Below, piece by piece: positions 11,463 through 24,700 of a stretch of 64,000 nucleotides of DNA (positions within the stretch are counted from its first letter, which is position 1; each line of letters opens with the position of its first letter). Under the pieces are notes generated by a model. The model was not told the DNA's origin, did no database searches, and was given only the letters and a program-made list of their open reading frames with translations. A program made the position numbers and the translations under genes. Origin of the DNA: Klebsormidium nitens (taxonomy: Eukaryota; Plantae; Klebsormidiophyceae); contig DF236984.1 in NCBI GenBank assembly GCA_000708835.1, positions 62,001 to 126,000 of the forward strand. Direction: 5' to 3'.

Positions 11463-14400
11463 ATGGATCCTGGTCAAGCACTCTCATCAGGGGCCTCTGA
11501 ATTGAGACCAGTCTCTGCAGCCCCGGCTGCGTCCGGCCCAGCAATTTCTGTGGAAGGACAAAGCCCGAGCAGCGAAGCGGCACTCCCAGAGTCATTCAGT
11601 GCAGGCAGCGCTGAATTGAGCTCCTCGGATCAGTCAGAAAGCGGTTTGGCTAAATCTGAATCAGAAAAGCTACATGCTGGCAAGACCAGACCTAAAGTTG
11701 CTCTTCCCAAGGCAGTCTCTGGTCAGAAAGAAGGATCAAATAAAGGAACAACTCTACTGGATGCTGGGGCACAAGCCTTTGGTTCGGTGCGTGCGGTTGT
11801 TGCAAAGAACCTGGCCGCATTGCAAGCGACGAGGGACGCGGAGAAGAAAGTGCCGAATCAGACAGCAAAAGCTGAGCCCTCGTTGACAACCACACATTCT
11901 ACACAGTCTACAGAATCTGAGCTAAAAGGTCACGCAACAGAGGGCAAGAGCATGACATCCAGCGATGCAAGTGAGAAGCAGAGCTTTGGCAGCGGGCTCA
12001 ATTTCGCGTCCTTGGGAAGCAGGTTCCAGAGCCTGAAGCAGACGGCTGTGAAGGCTGTGAGCCAGCCGGTGCGGCACCTGGTGTCTCAGAATAAGCGACG
12101 GTACATGGTGAGTCAAGCTTCTGAACAATTTCGACTCTCTGTTTTGCAGTTCCTGTAAGTACCTGTAGCTCCCTTCACTTTGCGAAGATCATTCTCAGCT
12201 CCGAACTCAATCAAAGTAATCACGTCAGAAGTTACGATTCTTGATCATGTTATACTCTGAACCTGGGCCCAATCCAGTCATCCCCATTGGTGCTAAGTCA
12301 TTCTTTTAAGATTGATCAAGATCGTCATCAAGAACCGCACTCAGGCACCAAAGTCACCAAGGATTTGTTGTTGCATTAGGGTTGATCACGCAGTGGTCAA
12401 TCGGTATGACATTTTGCGCATTACAAGCTTTCGGGCCTCTTGACAAACCCTTTTGAAAGAATAAAAAAGATGAGTGGATCATCATGTCGTTTGCGAGCTG
12501 ACATTGAATCCGCTCTGGAGACATGCTGGGTTTCGATAATTGCATTTTCTGAAGCTGCGTGCTGCCACAGGTACATTTGGAAAGCGTTGCTGATCAGTGA
12601 CTTTTTCCATTTGCAGGACGGAGAGTACGACCTAGACCTCTCTTACATCACCGAGAACATCATAGCAATGGGCTTTCCTGCGGGGGACCTCAGCTCGGGC
12701 CTGTTTGGATATGTCGAGGTGGGGTGCAGACACACTTCTACTCTAGAATGTTGATACATGCAGGGTCTTTTTGGCATCAACTTTACGTTTATAGTTTGCA
12801 GATTGGTGCTAATAAGCCCCTTCTTTTCAGGAGAAATCCAGACATGCCCATGAGAGGTTGCTAAATTCAATTGCCTTCGCTCTCCTGAGTGTACAGTCAT
12901 ATCAACATGTTTTGATGCGTGCGCATACTTCAGGAATGACTTAGTGGAAAGCAATTTCAGTGCCTCGACGTTAAGTACTTTTAGGCGTAATGATATCGAT
13001 CAAGAGTTTGAATGCTTGAGCCGTGCCTTGCAGAAGTAAAAACTTGCATTTTGTAAAAACTTTCTGTGGACGGGAGGTTACTAAGGTTTCAGAGCTTGCG
13101 GCCTCTCCCCAGTAGTCACTTTCCCCTCCTGTTTGCGCCACCTTGAGACGAGTCAAGAAACGAGAAGTAGTTCGCAGCAGGCATTGCTTTGTTTGCAGAA
13201 TTGCTGATGGCTGTCGATGTTTGTTGCAGGGCTTCTACCGGAATCACATGGAGGAGGTTGTCCGCTTCTTGGATGCTCATCATAAGGTAAGGGCAAACCC
13301 CAGACCTCAGGCGCGCCTCCAATGTCTTTCTCTTCCAGAGCGCATGTAGGCCTTCTTTGCGTATTTGCACATTGGCAGGGGCAGGAACAGGCCCACCGCA
13401 ACCCCTTCCTTGGCACCAACACCTGCGCCCATCTTGAGCTTCTTCAAGAGGGTATTTCGTATGTACATGACCTGCTTTGCAGGTAACTGTCACTAGTCTT
13501 GAGCTCTGGCGAACATCATCAAGCCTCCCTTCGATTCCTTCTCCTGCTTCGGGTCACCGAGTGCCAGCCTGCGGGTCTGTTAACAAAGAGATCTCCTTTG
13601 CACCTCCGAGCGCAATACCTGTCCGCAGGCAAACCCTCTAAAAAGTCTCTGTCTGGGCCCTGTTTGGCCAACCGTCGTCGACTTTATACGACAAGTGCAG
13701 TTTCTCCAACCCCCAGTTGAAGGGCCTGGTTGCATGCTTTCCAACTGCTCCATCCCTTTTCCTCTCATCCTTTCATAAAGCCCCGTCCTTCAACGAAGCA
13801 CCCAGACCCCGTCACCACCCTCTTTGCAGGGCAAAGTCACGATCTTCATTCCCCTCTATAATCCCTACATCGCAGCACTTGTTAAAAGAGCCTGGCCTCC
13901 GGTGTTTCTTCCTTCCTTCCCCAAGCGCCTTTCTTTTTGCCTTTGATCGGAACAACCCGTGGATGGCAAGGTGCAAGATTCTCGTTCTGTGCTCCGGGTG
14001 TCTGTACAAACGCACACCCTCTTCCAGGTTGCTTCTCGTTTGCCCCCCCCCCCTTCCCCCTTCTTTTCTATAAGACTTCAAACCCCCACTTCAACCCCCC
14101 ATCTGAACAGCGACGAGTCTTTACTTCCCCCAGGGCAAGTGCGAGGTCTTCAACCTGTGCTCCGAACGCCTGTACGACCCCGCTTACTTCAAAATCCTGG
14201 TCTTTGCTTTCCTCGGTTGCCCCCACCCCTTTCGTTTTTCCACTTTGCTGAGGTGAATAATCACTTCCGTGTAGGGCAAGTGCAAGATCTTCAACCTGTG
14301 CTCCGAACGCCTGTATGACAGCGCACTATTTGAGGGCCTCGTCGCATGCTTCCCCTTCGACGACCACAATTGCCCGCCCCTCCCCCTGCTCAAGACGTTC

Positions 14401-17400
14401 TGCGACAGCGCGTACGACTGGCTCAAGCGGGACATGAACAACATGGTCGTCGTGCACTGCAAGGCCGGCAAGAGCCGCACGGGCCTCATGATATGCTGCC
14501 TGCTGCTTTATCTGAAGGTGAGATTGCTGTCTTTATTCCTTCACATGCTTTTCTTCTGAACGTAGTGAGCAGGGTCAATGTTGTTCCAAGATTTGGGGGG
14601 AAGGAAGGGGCGTTCGGGTGTTGGAACAGGAAGAGGAGAAGCTTAAAATGAAGTTGCTCGGACAGTCGGCAAAGCAAGCGGCTATGGTCCTACTTGGGTA
14701 CAACGGAAATTCCGTCAAGCTCGATGCATGCCCTGACGATCGGGCCCGCAATCTGCTCGATCTGCTCGACCAGTTTCGTCACGTAAGACAGTGCTACACG
14801 TCTCCTCTTTCTCAAGATTCGAAAACCATCCCGATTCTCGTGTCACAAAGCCTGGTGGTCCTGCGGCTTCACGATCTGGCGGCAGAGGGCATCAGTTTCA
14901 GAAGCCGAGAACAGTCCACTGACAATCTGTGCTGTATCTGATTCAAAAGCGTATCTTAGCATTCACTTTCATAATGATCTCCCTGGTCTTGGACTCCTCC
15001 AGTTCGTCTCTACAGCTCTTTGTTGTGCGGGACAAAGCCATCAACTTCCGCTGCAGTGCACACGGCAGCCAGATCCCCTACGTGACTCCTATCACAGCAT
15101 ACGTGTGTTAGTAAGTCACCTCCACATTGGACCACAACAAACTCAAGCCCGATGTTTTGCAGCTCTTTGACTCGGCGGACGAGGCCATCAAGTTCTACAA
15201 CTCCAAGCGCTGCACTGACAACCTGGGCCTGACACTACCCAGTCAGATTCGCTACGTGCACTACTTCGAGAGCATCCTGCGCAATGGTGGGGACACACCG
15301 GCGCCGGAGGCGCGGATCCTACGGGGGATCCGGCTGCACAAGTGTCCCTACTGGATCCGGCCTGCAATAAGCGTCCTCGATCACGACGGTGAGGTCCACG
15401 AATCGCCGTATCAACCTCGATTGCGAAATTCAAGAGATTGGAAAGTGGCCTATCGAAAGCTTCTGGTCCTGAAAAACTTTTGTGCGAGCTGGACCGTCCC
15501 CGGAATCGCAAGGAGTCGCAAGGAGTGAAAAGTGGCCGACAATTGAGGGAAATGTTTATCAGGGTTGAAAACTTAGCAGGTGCCTTTTTAGCAATTTGTG
15601 GGGCACTTGGCTGCATAAGTGTCCCTAATGGATTCGGCATGCCATCACAGTGCTGGATCACAATGGTGAGGCTTTCTTGACGGCTTGTGCTTCTCACTTC
15701 TTTTGACCGTCCACTTGTACGGATTTTGGATGTTCGGGGTGGTGAGCGAGGATTTGATGTAGCCAACGAACGCTTTTGACTCATTCAAATACTAGGCAGG
15801 CGGCCCCTTCTGGATCTGGGACAAAATCTTCACAAAAAGCGCCTTTCCAACAGGATCGAAATACAGAAATATAAGATTTTACGATCGTTACTCCCCGTTC
15901 CGAACTGTGTGCGTCAGACCATCTCCACAGCCTGCCGTTACTTTTGTAATCTTCCGCTCAGAGCACCAAGCCGTCTGACCTAAACCTGGTAAGCTGAAAC
16001 GGAAGGCCAACAAAGTATATGTACTTTTCTGTTCCAGGGGTCATTTTTTCCACCAAGAAGCACCCCCGCACCAAGGACCTGGCCACCGACGACCTCTGGC
16101 ACAAGGCCCCCCGGAAAGGCGTCATGGTCTTCGCGCTTCCGGGGGAGCGGTGCGTTGCTGACCTCAGCGGGGACTTCAAGGTCTTGTTTCATGATCGACA
16201 CGGCGACTTCTACTGCTGGCTGAACACGAGCATGATTGGAACGAGGCAGTTCCTGGAAGCGAAGGATCTGGACTGGTTCGATAAGGTGAGGGACCCGTTT
16301 TACGAGGCAATGTAACGGGTCACATTTAAGTTTCCGTTCACTGTCATTTTTTGCTCTGCAATCGTGTGGCAACTCTTACAAGTGGCTCAGCACGAGCGCA
16401 TTCGAACTTGGCTGTTACTTGAGGCGAAGAATTAGAGCTGGTTCGACGGAGTGAGAAGAGTCTTCTGCAATCACTGTTTTATGGAGCACCACGATCAGGC
16501 ACAGTCAAGGATGTTATCAGTTCTGTTTCGCGCATTGCACGGAGAGATCTAGTGCGGGTTCGGCACGAGCATAAGTGGACGCGGCAATAGTTGAAATCCG
16601 AAGACCTGGACCGGTTTCACTTTGGGAGATTACTTTCGAACGTGTACATTCGAACGTGCACGGTAAATCCGAATTGAGACCGTCTTACGAAGTAAGCCAG
16701 AGAGAAGTCTTTTCATTGGATTGCCGGCAGAACTCTTTGCAAAGTACGGAAAGCACCTTGGAAACGTATACCGTTACTTACTGGAATGATTACGATTTTG
16801 CAGTGGGACCACGTTCGAGTCGCAAATTAGATTCTGCACTGAGTTTGTCCCTTTGGTCGTGGATTTTGTCATGGCTCGACTGTCTACTAATGTCAAACGC
16901 CAAGTTCTGCTTAGCTGTAGATTGCCTTCGTCTTTGTGCAGCGGGTTCTTAATTGGCTGCCGGGAATCCTGATACAGAGAGATGGCTGCTTATCTCTAGC
17001 CTCAAAGAAGCTCCTGCCAAGTCCACTAGGAGTCTTCGGACGTCCACTTGGAAGTCGCTGGATCCAGAAGTTGACGCCCTCCTCCAGGGGCAATCGGTCG
17101 CTCACTTCCAGTTTGTAAGAGGTTGAGCACAAAGTGGTCGGAATCTTTGCGAACGTTCTTCCCTAAAACCCTAAAACACCCTCGCAGAGGCGGCTGCCCT
17201 CGCCCGGTTTCCAAGTCGAGGTCGTCGTCCTCGACCCCGCGACCCAGGCCGCCCGCGCCGAAAGCAACGCGGCCGCGACCACGTCGGAACCGGACGCTCC
17301 CGAACCGCTCGCGCCGCGAAGGCTGGACGGTCCGACGGGCTTCGGGACACTGACCGGTTCGGCGAGAGGGGGGCCGGGCGAAGGAACGAATGCGGAGGCG

Positions 17401-19510
17401 GAAAAGGGGTCGAGTAAGGGGTCCGGGAAAGGGGGTCGGCTGAAGACGACGAAGGAACGGGAGGAGGATGAGGTGTTTGGGGAGAGCGAGGAAGAGCCCA
17501 GGTGAGGGGGCCAAGCAGGGGTTCTCAGGGGTTCTTCCACGGCTCACATCTCTTTTGGTGACGAGGTGCTGGAGGTGCCTAAGACCCCCTTTTTGGCCTA
17601 AACTACGTTTTGGGGCTGGTACTTGCTTTAACCTCAATTACTGTTTTGACTTCTTTGCTTTGCTGCCCGCCCTTGTTGAAGTAATGATGTGGATCTGAAT
17701 CCAAGTCCCTCTTATTTGCGCTGACTTCTTTGCACTGACTAATGCTGAGAGGGCATTAGTTTTCGATGGACGCTTCTTTGGGAAGTATCGGATTCGAGCT
17801 TCTGGACCCCCGTGACTGGGGACGGACCGAGCAGTCGCTTTAATAGTGGTGAATACGCTGTCTTTCGCTGGAAAAATGACGTTCGCCACATGTACCCTCA
17901 CAAACAGCTGTGAAAGGAAGGAGACCCCGCTGTTTGAAGCTTACGTTACCTTTCAGCAGTCGTGCTCCGACCTTCTGCTTGCCCCTCTCTCCCCTCTTAT
18001 TGCCCGCTCGTTCTCTCCGTCTGGTTCGCTCGCCCTTGGACCTAGGTGTGGACCTAGGTGTGAACCTTCTTCCCTTTATTACAATCTTACCCACCTTATC
18101 CTTACTGTCGGATTTCTGAATTCGACACCTCTTTTGATTACTCTCACCCCAACCGCTCTTTCGTTTGCAGTCCGCGGATAGCAGCTACCAGCGTCCCCGC
18201 GCATGCCCCACCCCTGGGCACTTTGACAGCACACTTGACTGAGCGGGGTGCAACCCCGTCCAGTGCGGTTGCGGAGGCCCCAAGCCAGAGCGTCCGAGAA
18301 ACACCGCCCGAGAAGGTGAGCGCACTTTTGTAAGAAACCCAGGATCGTGAACCGGCACCTCTGTTATGCACAACGTTTTGCTGCTACGAACCAGCAATTC
18401 AGAATCTCGTCCATCAATCCGCCGGATGAGAGATATTGCAGACGCTCTACAGCATGTATGAGGCTTTGAGGCAATATGCGGTGCTTTCATCTCCTGACGG
18501 ATATTTCAAGGATTCCTCGGAGTTGAGCTCTGACGCAAGCAGAGACTAGGTCGACTACACAGAGTGACGTCTAAAGAATGGATGTCGATCGTTGAATTCT
18601 TTTGAAGCACGTTCCAATCAGATTGTGCCGTATTCCGATTGACATCCCACTGAGCCGTTCCCCCGTCTCTAGTCGCTTATGGTCCAGTTCCCGTACGATA
18701 TGTCGAAGTCCTGGCATACTTCGAGCTGGAGGAGTTTGATCTGCTTCATATCATGGGTCGCAAGGCTCCAGGGATATTTGGTCTTGATCGGGTTTTTGGC
18801 TCGGTCTCATATTGCGCAACAAGCCCAGTTTTGAATGGAAACTCAAAGCTCAGTGAGCATCACTGGAAACACTCTCCGATGCACAATGCTGACGCAAACC
18901 GTTTCCTGCACAGCCTGGGAGCGCACTTGGGACTCTCCCACGACCAGCACCACCAACCGATGCTGCGACTCCTAGTGCCACGGAGCCCAGCAGTAGTGTC
19001 AAGACTGCATCCGATAGTGGGCCTTCGACTGCCGGACCGCCAGCCCCGCAGGAAGCGGCGAATGGAGTTACATCCGTCGTGCCCACGTCTAACCTGCACC
19101 ATGCAAGCCCAGCTCAGTCCTCCGCCCCAAAGGTAGGAGCAAGCGCAGATAGTGCGGCCGCTGTAGATACGTCAGCTAGCAAGGACAGGAAGGGAGACGC
19201 GGGTAGTAGTACACAAGCAGAGGTCTCCAAATCTGACATCAGAGAACCGCTAGGCTCGTCAGGGGCCGCGAGTGTCAAGCCGTCAGTTGCGAGTTCACTG
19301 TTGGCGGACGACTGGGAAGCCGACGTGTTTGGAGCCGAGGACGCAAGTATAAGCAGAGCGCCCGCTGCAAGTGGAGGACTGGATCCTGGAAAGACGGGGG
19401 CTGCTGCGCTTTCTAGCGACTTTGCCAAGATGGCCGTTGCAGGGTCGGCGAATGCTTCTGAGTTTACTTTAGGAGACGATGATGACTTCGATAGCGATGA
19501 AGGATTCTGA
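11463..19510 (+). CDS. PTEN2: PTEN2-type phosphoinositide 3-phosphatase (phosphatase + C2 domain), multi-exon
   Basis: Phase-consistent exons 11463-12107, 12617-12718, 13230-13286, 14275-14517, 15163-15388, 16038-16285, 17188-17501, 18171-18315, 18914-19510. Motifs: HLVSQNKRRY, YDLDLSYITENIIAMGFPA, GFYRNHMEEV, FPFDDHNCPP, HCKAGKSRTG, LPSQIRYVHYF. It also has the plant PTEN2-type C2 (CPYWIRP, FSTKKHPRTKDL, KGVMVFALPGE, DFYCWLNT, LPSPGFQVEVV) and an acidic end FTLGDDDDFDSDEGF*. Confidence 0.95.
13600..14260 (+). repeat. Four degenerate copies of the acceptor and 5' end of PTEN2 exon 14275-14517
   Basis: cag|ggcaagtgcgaggtcttcaacctgtgctccgaacgcctgtacgac lies at 14131-14178. Weaker copies lie at ~13963, ~13826 and ~13624. 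Confidence 0.85.
15608..15672 (+). repeat. Intronic copy of the last 19 codons and donor of PTEN2 exon 15163-15388
   Basis: The copy reads TGG CTG CAT AAG TGT CCC TAA TGG ATT CGG CAT GCC ATC ACA GTG CTG GAT CAC AAT G|gtgagg. It is colinear with the exon end. Confidence 0.85.
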
Positions 19511-21705
19511 GCATGGTACGTAAAAGTTGAGGGCCCTGAACGGTCGATTGCGGAGCATTCGGTCGGGAATATATTCCCGGCCCCAAAACAATGTCCTCTT
19601 TGATCACGTGTAAAGCTTTATTTCTGCACCCTTGCACCAGCCGCAGCTGCTGGTAGATACTATATTGAAGGGGCGTTTCAGACCATTCAATGCCTGCATC
19701 GCACGAGTGGAATAATTGGCCCCCAGGCCCGCCGGCAATATTTTGGAATATGGCTGCCGCTGGTGACGTGACAATGCTCAACTCGATCCAACTTCATAGC
19801 GCACTGACTCAGCGCGGCCCCCTGGTGCTTTGCAAACCGGTCTACAATTGACTTGAGCTTACTAAACTATGATAGCCGCACATTCCGACACGATCGACGC
19901 AGGCATCACAGACCAGCGCCCCCCCCGTATTCGATATCCGCCGGTGCGCCGTTCATATAGAACCGTCTCAAGCAGTCGGAATCTGGCGCTTTAAACTCTC
20001 ATGCAGCTTTTGCACAATTTCAACGAGGCATTTCGATAGATCAGTGCGGCCGGCTGGCAAGACGGAATCTTCACTTGTATACAAGGAAACCGTCATTATA
20101 AGTCGAGGTCGATCGCGGCCGCAGATCCGTGATTGATCCCGCCTTAAATTGCAATTCATGAATAGTGCTATAGCTGTGCTGCCAATTAATTCATCACCGG
20201 CGAAATATGAGGGTTTATTTCAGTAGTGAGCCTGCCAGAGCATCATCTCGATTCTTGGCGGGAGCTAGCTTTTCTTGGCATGCGGCAGCGCCGCCGGGGC
20301 ATCTGTTTCATTCGTACAAAGATCGCTTTGCGGGCCGGCCTTTACGGAGTCATAATTGGGCCACATATGTTGTGGCGCGGCTGAACATGATAAAGCATTA
20401 ACTATGTTTAATCTTAGCTGAAGACAGGTTGATTGCTTTTCGGCTCAATCTTGTAATTGCAAAAGTATAGCGCTTCCGAAACTAAGCCTGCTGTACGGAC
20501 GAACTTATTCGGAATTGCCATTCCACACGAGACATTTCATCGGTGCTACGCAGTGACTCGATCCATTATTCTTCAGACAGAATCATTCTTGCTATCTTGG
20601 GGACCGCAAGTGGTGAGAATGCTTCCGGCTCTGCCATTCGTATTGACTGGTACACTTTTCACAATAGGATAGGTTAACAAAGAATCAGGATTTCATATTG
20701 TCCTGCATGGCAAAGGAATTCAGCAGGCTAGCCGTACTGCGGTGCGGCTAGTTAGTTCTTCTTACGATTCAATATTCAAGGTGCAGACTGAATAGTTAAT
20801 TGTCCTAATACTGCATGATTTACGCTGGTAAACCGTTATACATGTATGGTCAGATATGAAGGTCAAAACAAGCCGGGTGTATATGATCAGTGCACAGCGC
20901 GGCTGCCCCGCCAAGCAGGCTGACTCAGGGACTGTCGATACAAGTGAAAGCTCACAGTACCATTGTAACGTGTGTACGCAGATGTAAATATGAAGCTTTC
21001 AAGTTTCAGCACGGAACAAGCACTGTTTGCAGTGTCGATCGTTGATCAGATAACGCCGGCGCTGCTTACCACCCGCGTTTGCCGAACTATCTAGCAACAA
21101 GGTCGTCTATACCGGCCATGCACTGCGTCCAGGACTACACTCGTCTTGACAAGCTTGACGGGCAATTCCCGTGAGACACGAGAAGTTGTTCTAAAGAAGT
21201 CAAGTTCATATCCGTACTGATGTTCTCTTCCATTGTTGCCAGTTGATATAATACATTGCACGACGCGCAAGCGGGTGCAGTATCGAGGATCCAACGACTT
21301 GACCGGCAACCACTGCAGGCACCTATGTACACAATTCTGGCTGTTACTGTGCTTTCGCGTCTCTCATCCATTCGGTTGTCTCCTATTCCAGCCGGCGCTA
21401 CACCATGCTCTTGATCTATTCAGCCCTCCGACTCCTTCCAATATACTACAATACTAACGCCGTTCGAAGCGTTTCTGTAGATTACGGTAGGCGCCCTGTA
21501 AACCCACTATCGTCCATTATAGATCAGGCGATAGACAAAGTTACTATCTGTACACCTCTGTGGCGAGAGGGCCGCGAGTGCCAGAGCCTTGCTAAGGATC
21601 TATTCCTCTAGTTCTTCTTCCTTGCTTTCCATCACACTCCTCTCCTCCCTTCAATCCGGTGACGTGGTCAGATGTCTCAGCACTTGCGTGGACTTTCTTC
21701 GCCAC

Positions 21706-24700
21706 CTAGCTGGACGTGCTGCCGAACTGTTCCTCACAGAAAGCCCGCCCCGCAGGTGTCAAGTTCCACAGCCCGCTCCATGCTCCACCCGCGGTTCTGT
21801 TGAAGACCAGGAAGCCCATCTTCCTCAGCTCCTTCGGCACTTGGCCTTTCCACTCATCCAAATCCAGCTCTCCTCCCAGCTTTGCTTGCACGTCGGTCCT
21901 CCGAACGCACGAAGTCGGATCGGCCCGGTCGACCAGCTCCCAGATCGCCCGCAAGACCGTCAGCCGCGGAGCCTCCAAGCTCTTCCCCGCGCGCTTTCCG
22001 CTCGTGACGCCAGCCTCCGACAGGTCCAAGCCCAGCGACCTGCGCGCGTGCGGGCGCTGCGTCTCCAAGACCTCCTTATACCGCGGCGCGTACTGCCGGT
22101 ATTGCAGCCAGCTGACGTCAGGCCGCTGGCCCGGCCCCACCGCCGTCATCCTCAGAACCTCCGCCGTGAAGTGAAACAGCTCCTTCACGACTTCGTAGTC
22201 TTCCTTGACGCACAAGATACGCACCCCCCCCACGAACCCGTTGCTCTCGCGCACCGCGCGCGTTTTCCCGGCGCCCCGCATGAACGTGTGGCGCAGGTCG
22301 GCGGTGTGGCGGCCCTTCTGGAACGCGATCGCGAGGTGCGTCAGCACGCGGAGGAGGGCCCGCAGGCTGACGCTGCGCCCGGTAAGGTTGTACCCAAACA
22401 CCATGAATGGAATGCTCAGCCCGTACTCACAGTCGAGCTTCTGGATGACGTCATTTACCTGGGAAATTGGTAATAGACATTAGGTCTTGTGTCCGGCTAA
22501 CGCAGATTCAAAAGTGAAGTCAAAGAAGTAGAGTAAGTCCCCCATGTGGGTCAACTAAAACGTCCCCGATTGTCAGCTTTTTCGGAGGAACTTTTGTCCT
22601 TTTGGAGCAGATGAGCATGCATTTGCCTGTGATTAGAACTCTAGCTGCAAAGATGTTGTATATGACCGACACGTCGAACTGTGCATCACAACAAACGTGC
22701 AAATCTGGGCGCCTGAAATGAAATCTTCAACTCTAGCCAGGTATTTTGGTTGCTGAAGACGTCTCACTGCACATGCTGTGACACGTTGCTGTTTAGAATA
22801 CCTTACTGTCCCGTCTGCAGAAGTTGCACTCCTGAAATGGTACTTTCGACGAAGTACCTTCCTCGAAAGGTGAGCATCAAATTCAGACGGCATAGCTTAA
22901 TTCCCTGTCGGTCAGCGTGCCCAATTTGATCAGACCTCAAGTAAGCAACGGCTCACATACGCGAGCAAACCACTGAGGCACTATACTCGTGGCTCAACTC
23001 TATTGATTCCTGCTAGATATCAGATTTGAGTTTCAGGAAGTTCGGTCACCTGACGCATCATGACCTCTCTCCCGATGCGCCAGTCGCTCGCGTCCGGCCG
23101 ATGGAAGAGCCGCTGGAAGCCCTTGGGGCAGCCGTCTGCGGAGCACCCAAGGTTTTCCGGGTCTGGTTCCAGCGCCGCTCTAGTTACGAAGATTCCCCTC
23201 CCGCAGACCACCACAGCGATCCCGTGCGGTACGTACCGCGTGACGGCTTCCGCGGCTTGTTTGAACAGCGTCATCCCGTTGGTCCATACCCGGGGGGATG
23301 TGGCTATGAGAGCGAGAACTCTTTTGCACCCTGGGCCGGGTTGCGCCACGTCTTGAAAGAACTCGGCGAAGCAGCTCTCGTGGAACCCGTAGTTGTTGCC
23401 TGCAAAGGATACGAGCGGAGCCCAAAACGGCGGTAAACAAACTCTTCTATCAGAGATTCGGCGATGAAGTGGTTCTCTGCGACAATTTTGAGGACTTCTT
23501 CAGACTTTCATGGTTGTGAAGCTCTCCATCGGAAGAGTGCAGCCGTCTTCATAAGACAGCTGCGATCTTGGAGAACGAAGCACTCTCACTTCAGAAAACC
23601 CGGGTTATAAGTCGCGGCCAACCGGGACAATTGCAGCAAGACTGGCAGTGCGCGCCAGCATGCAAACAGGACAGTTCGATTAATCCAGGCCACAATTAAG
23701 TGCTTTTGGATTCCACCAAGAAGCAGCTTGTGTTGGCGGGATCTATTAGAGGCGAGTTGAAGCTGTCAAAACCCGCGAAGCTGGAAGAGGGAGTGCGGCC
23801 AAGCAAGGGGTTTAAGAGGATGTCAGAAGCTGAAGAAATAGGAATAAGCAGTTCTAGATGATTCCTATTGAACAAAGGGACGGAGTTTGTCTCGCTGCCG
23901 GGTAACATGCTTACTGAAGGTGACGGCCTCTCGCTCGATGAACCACACCGGGCGCAGGTCGCTCTCCAGCGCGTAACCGCGGACGTCCAGTTGATCGAGG
24001 TCCGTCAGAAACGTCCGAAACGGCACCCGCAACTCTCCGAGCCACTTGACGGTCGCCAGGTGGCTCGCGCTGACCATGACGAGAGACCGCACCCGAGAGC
24101 CGGCGTCGAGCGGCACGCGGCCGGCTATGCGCGCCAGCGCGCGCTCCAGCTGCGTCAAGCGCAGCGAGCCCCAGTGCGCGGTGTCCTCCGGGTCCACGAG
24201 TTGGAGAAGAAGTTGTCCGCTTCGTCCATAGTCAGCATGACGTCACGGATGTGGTTCTCGCGCAGGAAGTCCGCGCAGTGGTTGATGGCGCTCTGATATG
24301 CGGGCACGACCAGCACGAGGCGCCCGTCCCTGACCGAAACAAAAGAACTTAGTAACAAATTGATTAGAGGAGCATGATACAGACGTTGTTTACCATACCA
24401 GAAAAGGATTGTCGAGAAGCTGTTCAGATGGTCGGACACGGATGACACTGGTCCTTGACAAACGTGAAGGCAAAGAGTTGTCTGATTGGATTCAGCACCT
24501 TTCCGACCTGCACGTTGGAAAACCAAACAAGAATACTGAACAAGAAAACAGTCTTTTCAGGAGTATTTACAAAGGCGACTAGAACCTGAACGAAATGGTT
24601 CAACATGACTGGTCAAGGCCTTGTAGGCAGGTTTGCATGATTTCCAATGCAATCCTCTCCTTTTCTAACTTCGAGCAAAAACGACAAACGACTGACAGAT

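Noticed and set aside
19520-21600. 2-kb region between the convergent PTEN2 and Z1-like gene ends
   Set aside because: No spliceable coding chain, RNA gene or repeat structure was recognisable; treated as UTR or intergenic.
24150-24197. 48-nt GT...AG mini-intron that might repair the frameshift
   Set aside because: Splicing it out does not restore the downstream LERALARI frame, and the sequence looks coding.
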